A DNA stretch of 64,000 nucleotides. Origin: the human T2T-CHM13v2.0 reference genome, Homo sapiens. The DNA lies in assembly GCF_009914755.1 (NCBI RefSeq), contig NC_060947.1; one strand, 5' to 3'. The notes beneath the pieces were generated by a model. That model made no database searches. It saw only the letters and a program-made list of their open reading frames with translations, and had not been told where the DNA came from. Positions 40,881-53,135 of this stretch are shown here, in pieces (positions within the stretch are counted from its first letter, which is position 1; each line of letters begins with the position of its first letter). The translations under genes and the position numbers were made by a program.

Positions 40881-41418
40881 GTATAAGTAAAAAGGATTTT
40901 AGAATAAATGGAAGTTTTAAAACAAGCAGCTTGCCATATGAAGAATTCATACTAGTCTTTTTGGATGAATGTTTTAAATAGGTTAACACGCTCAGTAAAA
41001 TTTAATCTGCACAAATGGCTTTGTCTTACACAGAGAGGATCTATGTGGAAAACAGAACCAAAAGCCAGTCCAAACAAGTAAAACAGAAACTGAATGTAGA
41101 GTTGGAACTGATATTCAATTTTGGATTAGAAACTGATTATTGAAAGGAAAAAAAAACACAGTAATTTCAGATCTGCTGTTTCAGTAAACCTGACACTAAT
41201 CTGAGTTTTTTAAAAAAATTAATTCTGACAAAGCTTGAGATAATGTTTTAATAGTGAGTCACTACAAAGTAACTATTAAGTATTCAACATTCAATTAAGT
41301 CAATTCAGCTTTTGATGTTTCAGCCAGGTAAATGCTCAACATGTGTGGATATAACACATGTTATACTTTTCCATTTGTGCAGAATTTTCTACTCAAATAA
41401 TGTTTTAAGTATGTCTAA

Positions 41419-41444
41419 CACACACACACACACACACACACACA
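41419..41444. repeat. (CA)n microsatellite
   Basis: Directly visible. Confidence 0.9.
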
Positions 41445-44400
41445 TGATTATATATCCATATCCTTCAACAAAATCTGAATATGCCTTCACTATAAATCTT
41501 TTGATTAGGTTAGAAAAGACAATCTATCCTTTGGAGTGATCAATTGCCTATGAGTTTTGTCCCCCTCAACTGCTGCTTAGTCCATAAACGGAACCTCAGA
41601 AGTTCTGCTGGAAGCTACAGTTGAAGTCTTTCTATAATGTTCTCGTTGCTAAGACTTTAGAGCTAGCCATAGAAACAAACTGCAAATGTTATTTATGCTT
41701 TATGTAGTAAAATGATAACCTGAATATAAGACTGGGTCTCGATTATTTGTTTCATTTATTTCCACACTCCAAAAAGTCTAGATCCACAAAATGCAAACCT
41801 AGGATTCCACGCACAAAAGGGTGCAAACACGAACTTTTATGATTCTCATATCTTTCAAATATACTTATGAATAGTTTATTACTATGGGACAGGTATGGAT
41901 AAGTGTCGATTTCTTTACTTTTTATTATTTTTTGTAGGTACATAGTATGTATATATATTTGTGGGTTACTTATTGAGAATCCATTCAACGAGTATACAAA
42001 GATCGCGGATATTAAAACTGAAAAGAAAGACAACCTGGAAGTTAAAATGTTTGACATTAAGATTTACTAAACAGAAAGTTTGCAAAATTTCACAAACTAT
42101 ATAAGTTCATCTGATATGATGGATGCTTCCAATTGTAGAATACAGAAATTATATTCTTGAGTTTACATTTTAAACTTGTGAGATGTTTGGACTGAATATA
42201 TAAATAGAAATGACTTAAAAATTTTCATGAATATTTTCAGTGGATACTATTACAAAGCTCAAAGTGGAGGTTAAAAGTTTTGACTCATTCGATTTATTCT
42301 CAACGAATGAATTATCTAATATTTCAATGTATATGAGATAAACATGTTTATATTAGAATGTCACCAATTGACTCTTTAATATATAAAGCCTTAATTATGT
42401 TTAATCTATAAAACCACTAATGTTAGAGACTATTCATCACATATTCACTATAAGATAAACACTATGGAGAAATTATGCATAAATGTGTTACATTAAAATA
42501 CTATTAAAAAGACAATTTCTATGTGTGTGTGCATGTGTGAAGAATCATTCGTTTCTCTATCCACTTGACTACTTGTCATTTCTCTGTTATATCTAAGTGT
42601 AAAATGCAGACATACCAGAATTTTTGCATGCTGGGTTTCTGGGCTTTCTAGGTGATAAAAGTGCCTAATTATTCCAAACTGTTAGATCATTAATCCTAGC
42701 CACAAAAACATCTACATTAATTTAAACCTTGGCAAACGTTAAACAAGTAAATTACGAAAGTATGAGCCATCATGTCCTACTTCTCTTCCATTGTTTCTCA
42801 GCATCTTAAAGGATTTTATTTACAAAAACTTAGTAATCCCTTAAATACATTTCTTCAGTATATCTGAATTTCCTGTTTGTTGTGTGTATTGTATGTGTCT
42901 GTCTGTATGCATGCATGCCCATGTGTGTGGGTATATGGTGAGCTAAAGAGGCAAACAGTATATACATTAGCTAACTACAAGTTTTCTACCCAAATTTTCC
43001 CACAGGCCACACTCAACCCATTCTTAAAATGTTGCTTAGGCATTCATCTTCTCCTTCAGGATAATGGGGGAAAATGCTTATGCTTTTTATTTGCTTCTTG
43101 TAGATAATGAAAATTTTATTATTCACCCTAGCATGCTATCGATGCTTCAGCTGATCCTTTAAACATCTGGCCTACTGTTTAAAATGCATGGAGTGAACTG
43201 ATGTCAGCCCGTGCTGATAATCAGAGGACCTTCAATTAAGTACCTACGAAGCAACCAATGATAAAAGAGAAAAGACAGTGCAAGTTTGCCAAAGAATTCT
43301 TTCATAGTCTGATTCTCAAAAGCAATTAGAATCACTTCTTTTGGCCTTGGAATTAATGAATTTTCATTAAAATTTAAATTTCAAATGATTCCAAGGATAT
43401 CAAACTTGAGAAGTTGAGCTGATTGTCTACGTAATAAATCACACCACAGGAACATGTCAAAAAGACTAATGCAAGTTCTTTGCCGTCCAAAGTTTTGTTT
43501 CTCCTTGTCAGTGCTATGTGAACATATATAATTGCTTTCTTTTCCTGGAAGCAGCTTACCCAAAGACCTACCATTATTACACTCCGTATTTCTCTCTGTT
43601 TAGAATTTTTGAAATGATAACTCCAAGATTAATTGAAACTAGTTCAAGTCTACAAAACAAGTTTGCTCTCATAATTGAATGTGATATGATTTTTATAAAT
43701 TGCTGCAGTTACATTCTTCACACTGTAATTTGCTTAAATGAGGAAATAAAGTTGAACATTCTAATATCAACATATCCTGTATTTGAAAGTGACATTTAAC
43801 TTAATAACACAGACATTGTCTTTACTTGACAGAAAACAAAATACATTGGATGTTTGTGTATGTGTAAAGTAAGTGTTGTATTTTGGACTGTACAGAAGTA
43901 TAACCATGAAAAGTGCTAAACATCTTTGGCCATAGAAAGCAACACGGGTGTTTTGAAATGGTAATAAAATTGAGCAATAAAGCAGAAAAATAATATTCAT
44001 ATAAAAGTGGTCTTGTCTGTGGACGTTAAATATTTTAATCTTGAATTAAAACAGCACAACACGTAAGTAATAGGCACATTTTGTTCACTCTTTAACTCAT
44101 TCTGACAAAAGTATGTGCATGTTTTCAATAACAAATTTCACAGTACCTCTTTCTTTCCTCGACAGTGAATCTTCTTTGTCAGGAAAAAAAATCTCAACAG
44201 TCTAAAGAAGAATTTTCTTAAACATGACATATCCATATCAAGCAGCCATGAAGGAATGTTTCTAGTTCTTACTGTAATATTTTTCTTGCCATGTCCCTCT
44301 TCACAGGTGTACTTTGAATCAGATTGATTAACTTATCAGTGGTTTAATTGTTCAATATTTGTTCCATGTATTAATATTTTATAAAGGATTTTGAACCTGG

Positions 44401-44562
44401 GGCAAAACCTCTGCACTAAATTTCCCCCATCCATCGATCTTTTCCAACTCAGCATTTCAACAGAACTTAAATCACAGGGGTGCTGGCTTATAAATAAATG
44501 TATAACAATAAATAAAAATAGATGATTGTGGCTTTAAGATATGTTCAGAGACTGGAAGAAAG

Positions 44563-44740
44563 AGCAGAAGTCCCCAACTGACCATCGAACTGTTCTAATG
44601 TCCATTTTATTTGCCCCACATAGTGTTTAAATATTTCAGTATATAGTCAGCTTGGAACCTCTTGCATAGATAGCCCTTACTACTTCATGCTTTTCTGTTA
44701 CCTGACTACCCATGTGTACATTTTGTTTTGCAACACCTGC
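44563..44740. mobile_element. MER102-like hAT-Charlie remnant
   Basis: TTTATTTGCCCCACATAGTGTTT...GTTACCTGACTACCC...CATTTTGTTTTGCAACACCTG. Confidence 0.5.
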
Positions 44741-45584
44741 ATTAGATGCTGACATGTTGATTATATTGTATTATACTGACACTGCATGCCTAGCCTCATC
44801 TCGTCCCTACTTTCACAGCTGAGATCTAGAGCCCTGTTGCAAAAACATTTTAACCTCTGTAGAGAGCAGGGCGTTTTTGTCTTCCGTTTTTACTTGTAGG
44901 TATCATTAAGTCCCCTATATATTTGGGTGCTGAAGAGATAATAATAATGAACACACTTACGAAATAAATAAATCAGCTCATCATATGGTGACTGGAATTA
45001 CTTCTGTGCGCACAAACTAATGCTAACATTTTTCGGATGCACAAAACATGTCAGTACATAGTTACCAACGATGGATGGATAGAAATATTGTTTTAGAAAG
45101 TCTGAGTTTTAATATAAAAATGGATGAGAGAAGGAAGTTCCTAAATTCATACAAATCACCTATAGTGGAAATGGGGATATGTAGAAATAAAATAAATTAA
45201 GCTTAATATTTAGTAATACAGTTAAAAGCAATTCAATATATAACCCATGGATTGGGATGATTTTTCAGTCTACTGCTTACAATTTCAGTATTAACATGCT
45301 CTTCTCACTTAAAACATTAGAAAAATAGGTTAAAAATTTTCAGACACATGGACAAAGAATGTTTTTATCTTTCTGACAGATTATCAGAATATGTAATTAT
45401 TAGTTCAATAAATAAAGAAGTGACTGGTAACAAAAATGCAAAAGAATTCACACTGTGATCAAAGCAGAATAGGATCTCCGACATGACTTGATACAAAGAA
45501 TACACTTCCAATTCACCCAATTTTTATTTTTATGTATAATACATTAGATACTTTTAGTGACCACGAATATTTATATGACATCTT

Positions 45585-46853
45585 TTTTTTTCAACTTTTA
45601 AGATCCAGAGGGTACATGTTCAGGTTTGTTACCTGGATATATGGCGTGATGCTGAGGTTTGGGATACAAATGATCCCATTAACCAGGTAGTAAGCATAGT
45701 ACACAATAGGCAGCTTTTCAACCCTTGTCTCCCCCTTTCCTTTCCCCTTCTATTAGTCCCTAGTTTCTACTGTTGCCATCTTCAATTCTATAAGTACCTA
45801 ACATTTAGCTCCAACTCATAACTGAGTACATATAGTATTTGGTTTTCTGTTCTTATGTTAATTTGCTTAGGATAATGGCCTCTAGCTGCATCTATGTTGC
45901 TGCAAAGGATATGATTTTCTTCTTTTCGTGGCTGTATAGTATTTTATGGTGTATGTGTACAACATTTACTTTATCCAATCCAACGTTGACGGACACCTAT
46001 GTTGATCCCATTACTTTGCTATTGTGCATAGTGCTGTGACAAACATGTGAGTGCATGTGTCTTTTTGGTAGAACCATTTGTTTTCTTTTGGATATCTACT
46101 CAGTAATGGGATTGATGGGTCAAATGATAGTTCTATTTTAAGTTCTTTGAGAAATGTCCAAACTGCTTTCTACAGTGGCTGAACTAATTAACATTCCCAA
46201 CAACAGTGTATAAGCATCCCCTTGTCTCTGCGGCCTTGCCAGCATTGGGTGTCTTTTGACTTTTTAACAAAGCCAGTCTGACGGGTGTGAGATGGTATCT
46301 CCTTGCGGTTTTGATTTGCATTTCTCTGATGATGAGTGATGTGACGCATTTTTCATGTTTATTGGCTGCGTGTATATCTTCTTTTGAGAAATGTCTGTTC
46401 ATGTCTTTTGCCCATTTTTTAAATGATGTTTTATGATTTTTGTTTGTTCAATTGTTTAGGTTCCTCATAGATTCTGGATATTACACCACCGTCAGATGCA
46501 TAACTTGCAAAAGTTTTCTCCCATTTGGTGTTTGTCTGTTTACTCTGTTGATCATTTATTTTGCCATGCAGAAGCTCTTTATTTTAGTAAGTCCTTGCTT
46601 GTCATTTTTTTTTTTTTTTTTTTTTTTGCAATTGCTTTTAAGGACTTAGTCAAAAATTCTTTCCCAAGCCAATGTCCAGAATGGTATTTCCCAGATTTTA
46701 TTCTAGGATTCTTATAGCTTGAAGTCTTACATTTAAATCTTTAATCCATTTCCCAATGCTTATTTTTTTGTTGACTTTGTCGACGAACAGTTGGCTGTAG
46801 CTGTGCAGTTTTATTTATGTGTTCTCTATTCTGTTCTATTGGTCTATGTGTAC
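45585..46853 (-). mobile_element. 5'-truncated old primate L1 (L1PA13-16-like) with an internal deletion near 46750
   Basis: Antisense 3'UTR GGGTACATGTTCAGGTTTGTTACCTGG; ORF2 C-terminal fragment [16 protein letters not shown]; TSD ATGACATCTT at 45575-45584 and 46854-46863. Confidence 0.95.
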
Positions 46854-47402
46854 ATGACATCTTGGTAGGATTTCAAACCTGTTCAATGCCCTAAAAAAAT
46901 ATAACTTTTAAGTGATTTGAAAAAAACTGCCTGCTAAATCTAAACTTGGAAACTGCCTACTTAATTCTATAATGAGAAGGGTAATCTCAGCATAAATTTC
47001 AAAAGTTAGGCTAAACTCCATATCTACTTGACAAGTAACCATGAGCTTAAATATAATCTGAGATCACCCACCATAATATGGAAGTGAGGTAGGTGAGATT
47101 GGATGGTTTGGGAGTAGAGATACAATGTTATAAATTCCGAATTGGAACATATTGACCTGACAACTGGGTAGAATATTTGCAATCAATATTGTTCAGAGAC
47201 ATTTTAGTCATTTGGCCCTTCTGTAACAGAGTCATAGCCCAATCCTTATCATGAAATACCTGGGACAAAGTATCTGAAATGTTAAAAGTTTGGGGGACGT
47301 AATTATGGTTTGTGGTGGAATCGTAGGCATGTATGTAAAATCATGGCTGTCCTTATATTTGAAATTCTATTTACTTCCTTTTGGTATGATGGCATTGAAA
47401 AG

Positions 47403-47545
47403 AAGAAATGATAAGTGTTTCAGATGGTGGATATCCCAATTACCCTGATTTGATCATTACACATTATACGCTTGTATCAAAATATCACTAGAATCTTAGA
47501 AATATGTACAATCTCTATGTATCAACACAAAAATAAAATAAAAGC
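47403..47545 (+). mobile_element. L1MA 3'-end fragment
   Basis: GATGGTGGATATCCCAATTACCCTGATTTGATCATTACACATT...ATATGTACAA plus A tail. Confidence 0.85.
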
Positions 47546-48723
47546 TAAATCTAAATATGTTTCTTTAGAAAAAAGGAAGAATGTCAGATTTTTAAAAGGT
47601 AATAATAATTATTTTATAGGTAAAAATATTTTTCTCATATACATAATTATGGTAGAATTGAGTGTTGAATACAATAAAATATTCTAATAGCAATAGATTT
47701 GTGGGCACTGTAACTTTCTCGAAGCAGCAGAGAAAGTTCTGTAAGTCTCCAACCAAGTTTTATCTATGTTATGTAAGGGTTTTGAATGCTTTTCTATAAC
47801 ATAGTTTGATCTTTTTTCATTTGAAGCAGTAAAAGAAATTTCAATGAAGCATTTTAAGTATGGTGATAGATTAATGACTGCATACAATTTCACTCATTTA
47901 ATTTTATTTCACCAAATTAGGCTTCAAATCCTCCAGACCATCTGTGAATATCTGGTTGACTTGTCAGAGTGCATTTTGCCTGAGTTCAGGGGCGCTGTGA
48001 ATTTCTCACTCCAATTTAAATTTAGGACCTCTGAACACTGTTCTTCTATATTTGACATCTGATGGGAAGACTTGGATAAGCAAAAACACATTCATTACCT
48101 GCATTCCAGAAATTAAACCATCAGCAACGTGTTGCTACATTTTCACCCTAAATTGACAAGGAGGACATTATACCACGATGGAAAAAACACATGAGCAAAT
48201 AGGCTAATTAGGTGCTATTGGTTTAGATTATCTGTCAGCAGCAGGACTGTAGGTAGCCACAGGGAGTACAGGCAGGGGAGGAAAGCAGGCTTGATCTAGA
48301 TTCAAGCATGAAACCAGCACTCTAGAACATGATGGGTGTAATCTGGAGCAGATAAACAGAACCTGTTTCATGATAGCATTTTTGATGATTCAGGCCAATC
48401 GGATGGCTAGGAAGCAGGCGCTCTCCCCACCCCGCTCAAACTGCTGAGGAAGGTGAACCATGCAGTTCATCAGAGGGCTACAAAGAGGTATCAACACTTC
48501 AGTTTTCCATATGGGCATCTGGGGCTCACAAAACCAAACAGATTTTTGGTATCAAAAATAGTATTGCAGCCTCTGTGGAAACCACCCATGGGGTTTCTCA
48601 TCTATGTAACACTGACATAGTAGAAACTCAGGCTGCCTAGAGCACATTCAGAGAACAAGTAAATGAGTGCAGTCTACAAAGTAAGTCTCCGTCACTTACA
48701 TCATGCTTCCTGAGAATATCACT

Positions 48724-50000
48724 TGCAATTGTGAATTATGCTGCTATAAACATGTGTGTGCAAGTATCAACCCAAATGCCCATCAATCGACAAGTAGATA
48801 AAGAAACTGTGGTATATATACATATGTATGTACGTGTGTCTATATATATATATATGAATACTACTCAGCCATAAAAAGGAATGAATTAACAGCATTTGCA
48901 ATGACCTGGATGCGATTGGAGACTATCATTGTAAGTGAAGTAACTCAGGAATGGAAAACCAAACAGCATATGTTCTCACTGATACGTGGGAGCTAAGCTA
49001 TGAGGATGCAAAGGCATAAGAATGATACAATGGGCTTTGGAGACTTGGGGGGTAGAAAAGGGGTGCCGAGGGACAAAAGATAACATATATGGTGCAGTGT
49101 ATACTACTCGTGTGATGGGTGCACCAGGATCTCACAAATTACCACTAAAGAACTTACTCATTGCAATAGTTTGCTGAGAATGATGGTTTCCAGCTTCATC
49201 CATGTCCCTACAAAGGACGTGAACTCATCCTTTTTTATGGCTGCACAGTATTCCATGGTGTATATGTGCCACATTTTCTTAATCCAGTCTATCATTGTCG
49301 GACATTTGGGTTGGTTCCAAGTCTTTGCTATTGTGAATAGTGCCGCAATAAACATACATGTGCATGTGTCTTTACAGCAGCATGATTTATAATCCTTTGG
49401 GTATATACCCAGTAATGGGATGGCTGGGTCAAATGGTAATTCTAGTTCTAGATGCCTGAGGAATCGCCACACTGACTTCCACAATGGTTGAACTAGTTTA
49501 CAGTCCCACCAACAGTGTAAAAGTGTTCCTGTTTCTCCACATCCTCACCAGCACCTGTTGTTTCCTGATTTTTAATGATCGCCATTCTAACTGGCGTGAG
49601 ATGGTACCTCGTGGTTTTCTCAGCAAACTATCGCAAGGACAAAAAACCAAACACCGCATGTTCTCGCTCATAGGTGGGAATGGAACAATGAGAACACATG
49701 GACACAGGAAGGGGAACATCACACACCGGGGCCTGTTGTGGGGTGGGGGGAGGGGGGAGGGATAGCATTAGGAGATATACCTAATGCTAAATGACGAGTT
49801 AATGGGTGCAGCACACCAACATGGCACATGTATACATACGTAACAAACCTGCACGTTGTGCACATGTACCCTAAAACTTAAAGTAGAATAAAAAAAAAAT
49901 CTCAGAAATATCAAAAAAAAGAACTTACTCATGTAACCAAATACCACCTGTACCCCAATAATTTACAGAAAAATAAAATAATAAAAACTAAAATAAAAAA
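48724..50000 (+). mobile_element. L1PB1-like 3' end with a short 5' inversion; host of a younger L1PA
   Basis: 48724-48768 is antisense L1PB (TGCAATTGTGAATTATGCTGCTATAAACATG); sense from about 48768 (AACCCAAATGCCCATCAATC); resumes after 49932; TSD AGAATATCA(C/T)TTGC at 48713-48726 and 50000-50013. Confidence 0.88.
49161..49920 (+). mobile_element. Young L1PA (PA3/4-like) insertion with 5' inversion
   Basis: 49161-49616 is the antisense ORF2 C-terminus (ORF 49158..49484, WKSVWRFLR...TWNQPKCPTMIDWIKKMWHIYTMEY); 49617-49899 is sense with 3'UTR and poly(A); TSD AAAGAACTTACTCAT at 49147-49161 and 49918-49932. Confidence 0.96.
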
Positions 50001-52649
50001 GAATATCATTTGCTAGGAGTAAAAAATAAAACTTCATCTTGAAGATCATAACAACCCTAGATGAGAAAGCAAATATATTACCTGATCTTTTTATTTTCCA
50101 TCCTCATTTTCTCTTCAATGATATGTATGAAGAGAAATATTAATGTTAGAAAGGTAATGCAACGTGTTAGTAATTGCTCTGGAATTGATTTCTCTATTCT
50201 GTTGGCATTTATCAGAATTATTTAAATTTCAAAGCACAGTCTAAGAATTCCATGAGATAAATCTTATTGTAAATGAATTATATTACCATGGGCTTGCTCA
50301 TTATTTGTGAAAGTGACTTTATCTGCCTGGCTTATTATTAAATATAGTTTATGAACAAGGTGGCACATTTCCTTCTGTTTGATTTTTGTAAAGAACTCTG
50401 TATCTTGAGCGGTTGGGTGCTGATATACGTGCCACGATATGTAATATTAAAAACCCTTTGCTCTCCAATGACATTCTTATCATTTGAAGTCATTTCTTAA
50501 TGTTTCTACATTATTTTTAAAACACTGCTCTTTTGAGATTTTAAAATTGTTATTTATATTGCAATATTTTATATAAATTAATTTACTCCTTAGGAGGAAA
50601 CTATATAGTGAACAAAGATTTTTTATTTAACCTTTTCAAAAATAATATCTTCTATTTGGGAAAAAAAAAAATGCTTTACAAAAGAGGTTCCAAAACCCAG
50701 AGGGGCCCACAGTCATTGTGTTCTTTCTTGACTAACGAATTCCTTGAGTGCAGTTTCAAGTACAGATTGTAGTATCTATCAATGTCTTACCCAATTTTCC
50801 CTGTCAGTGTTTCAAATATATTTTAATTCCTGTAAAATAATCTGGGATGTGGTAACAAATTATCATATATACATTAAGAAAATTTGGTTCAGGACAGGTC
50901 CACTGATAAAGTTTCCTGGTGTGCCCGATATTCTAGTAATTCCTTAATAGAAACCTAAGAGAAATTAGCTCTTTTTTGATCATCTTAGGTAGCCTGGGGA
51001 AAAAAAATCACTCCAGGTACAGCATCCTTTCCTATTTTCTCATTTCCTTTAACATCTAGTTTTATTTTCTTAATGCTTTGTCATTTTGTTAGTATTTTCT
51101 TAATTTTTTTTTAGTGTTTAATACTCGGCAAAGGACAGACATAGCCTGCGATGCAGGCAGGGCTGCTTCTCTTAATGTTCTTTTGACAGTAAAGATTCAA
51201 AATTAGCCCATTATCAACCAACAAATAAAGGAGAGGGTTGGAAATAAGTGTAATGGTTCCGGCCAAAAATAAACACAAGGCCAGTCTGCTAAATTCGTAT
51301 GTTGCAAAAACGTACTTACTACTTCACTTAGCCTTTAAGAAAGACATGGGATGAATTGGGATTTTTAAAGTAAGAAGGGGAAAAAAAGCAACACTCTTAG
51401 CTCCTTTATCCAGTACTCCTGACTCTGCAAGGTAGATTGTTTCCTCCTCTAATTGGCAAAATGCTGCAGGTTTTCAGTCCCTCGGTGAAAGTGACTTAGG
51501 ACGGGGCATTAATTCTTTCAGTTCACTAGGGCGTCATTTGGCAAATTACTATATGTGAGCAATAAATCAAAGAGTTCGAAGATGCCTTGAGAAATTCTCC
51601 AGGATTATTCTCTTGCCTTCTGGTAAATTAGAAACATACTACATTCAATAACAAGAGTATACATATTTTATATTATAAACATTATGGCTAAAAAATCATG
51701 GAAGAACTATTATTATTTTACAACCCCCTCTTTTTAAATGTTTTCCTAAACATACATGGTATGTATGTATATTTCAAACTGTCAAAAATCCCTGGATTGC
51801 AAGTAAAATTCAACTATCCCACTTGCAAAATGAATGGGTTAATTGTTCTTACTTTAGACTCATAAGTTTTCAAAGAATAATTTAAACTGTTAAATATTTA
51901 AAACAAATATACTTTATTTGGTGACTTAATAGATAAGAGAATAGAATTAGTTGTGAACATTTATACTAATCAAAATAATGAACTACTGTCATTTTGAATT
52001 GACACCTATATAAATTCTGATTTAAACATATTTTTACATCTCAGAAGAAAGAGCATAGCGTTAAGTATAAGAACCCATTTCAACCATAGATTGGCATAGC
52101 AATTATCTGATCTTATAAGGTTAAAAATATGAGAACATTTTCATAATGATATTAAAGTATTAATTAGTAAAATAGTTGCTCGATTATATTCCATAAAAAT
52201 AGATAGACAAAGAAAATTTTAAGATAAATTCCTATGTAGTAGGTAAATACTTTTCCCTCAAATAAGGGAATACATTAAGGAGATGAAAAATTCTCAAACT
52301 TTTTCATTTTATAAATAAGAAAAAAATAATCAACCATATAAAAACCACATGACATCAAAAGCTATAGTTCTAAATGCTAGCCATAGAAATGCATGATTAT
52401 ATTATGATACTATTTATCTGTTCATAAACATGACCTGCCTCCCCAGTGCAATTTTAGGACCAATGAAAAGGAGATCCTACATCCTTTTAAATTTCCCCGA
52501 ACCCTAGTGCATGGGAACAATATACAGTATTTTCTCAGAATAAAAATCAGGATGATGAAGAAACGGCGTTTACTATGCAAGGGCTGAATACAAAGGGAGA
52601 TTAGTGGACTGTTTGGAAAAAGAGAATGATTATTACTGTTTACTTTAAG

Positions 52650-52970
52650 ACATAAAGTCAGAAACTATAGCCTGTGTGACAACTCGCATTTGCTGCCTGT
52701 GTGCGTATGGCACACAAGCTAAGAATGGGATTTACATATTAAATGGTTGGGGAGAAATCAAAAGAATAATACAACTTTGCAACACATAAAAATTATACGA
52801 TATCCAAATTTCTCTGTGCGTAAAGTTTGCTAGGAACAAAACCATGCTCATTCAGGTATGTATTGTCTGCTTTCATACTACAACAGCGTAGTTGAGTAAT
52901 TGCGACAAAGACGACAAGCCTAAAATATTTACTAACTAGCCCTTCAAAGAAAAAAGGCTTCTGACTCCTG
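52650..52970. mobile_element. MER58B-like hAT-Charlie MITE
   Basis: AAGCTAAGAATGG...AATCAAAAGAATAATA...CCATGCTCATTC...GTTGAGTAATTGCGACA...AAGCCTAAAATATTTACTA...CTGACTCCTG. Confidence 0.82.
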
Positions 52971-53081
52971 CTTTAGGAGAAAGCACGTACAAGGAGGTAA
53001 AAATAAACTTTTTTTTTTTTAATTGCAATCAGATTCCAGATGGACCCTAAGAGCTCAGTTACGGAAGTGGAAGGGGAAAAA

Positions 53082-53135
53082 CAGCAGCAGCAGCAGCAAC
53101 AACAACAACGACAACAACAACAACGACAACAACAA
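53082..53135. repeat. (CAG)5(CAA)4 CGA (CAA)4 CGA (CAA)3 trinucleotide repeat
   Basis: Directly visible. Confidence 0.95.

Noticed and set aside
43553-43662. Minus-strand acceptor/donor pair (TTGTTTTGTAG ... TGG|GTAAGC)
   Set aside because: Stops in all three frames; no supporting neighbouring exons
49158-49484. 108-aa ORF with clear protein-like character
   Set aside because: C-terminal part of L1 ORF2p in the inverted segment of a truncated insertion; not a host gene
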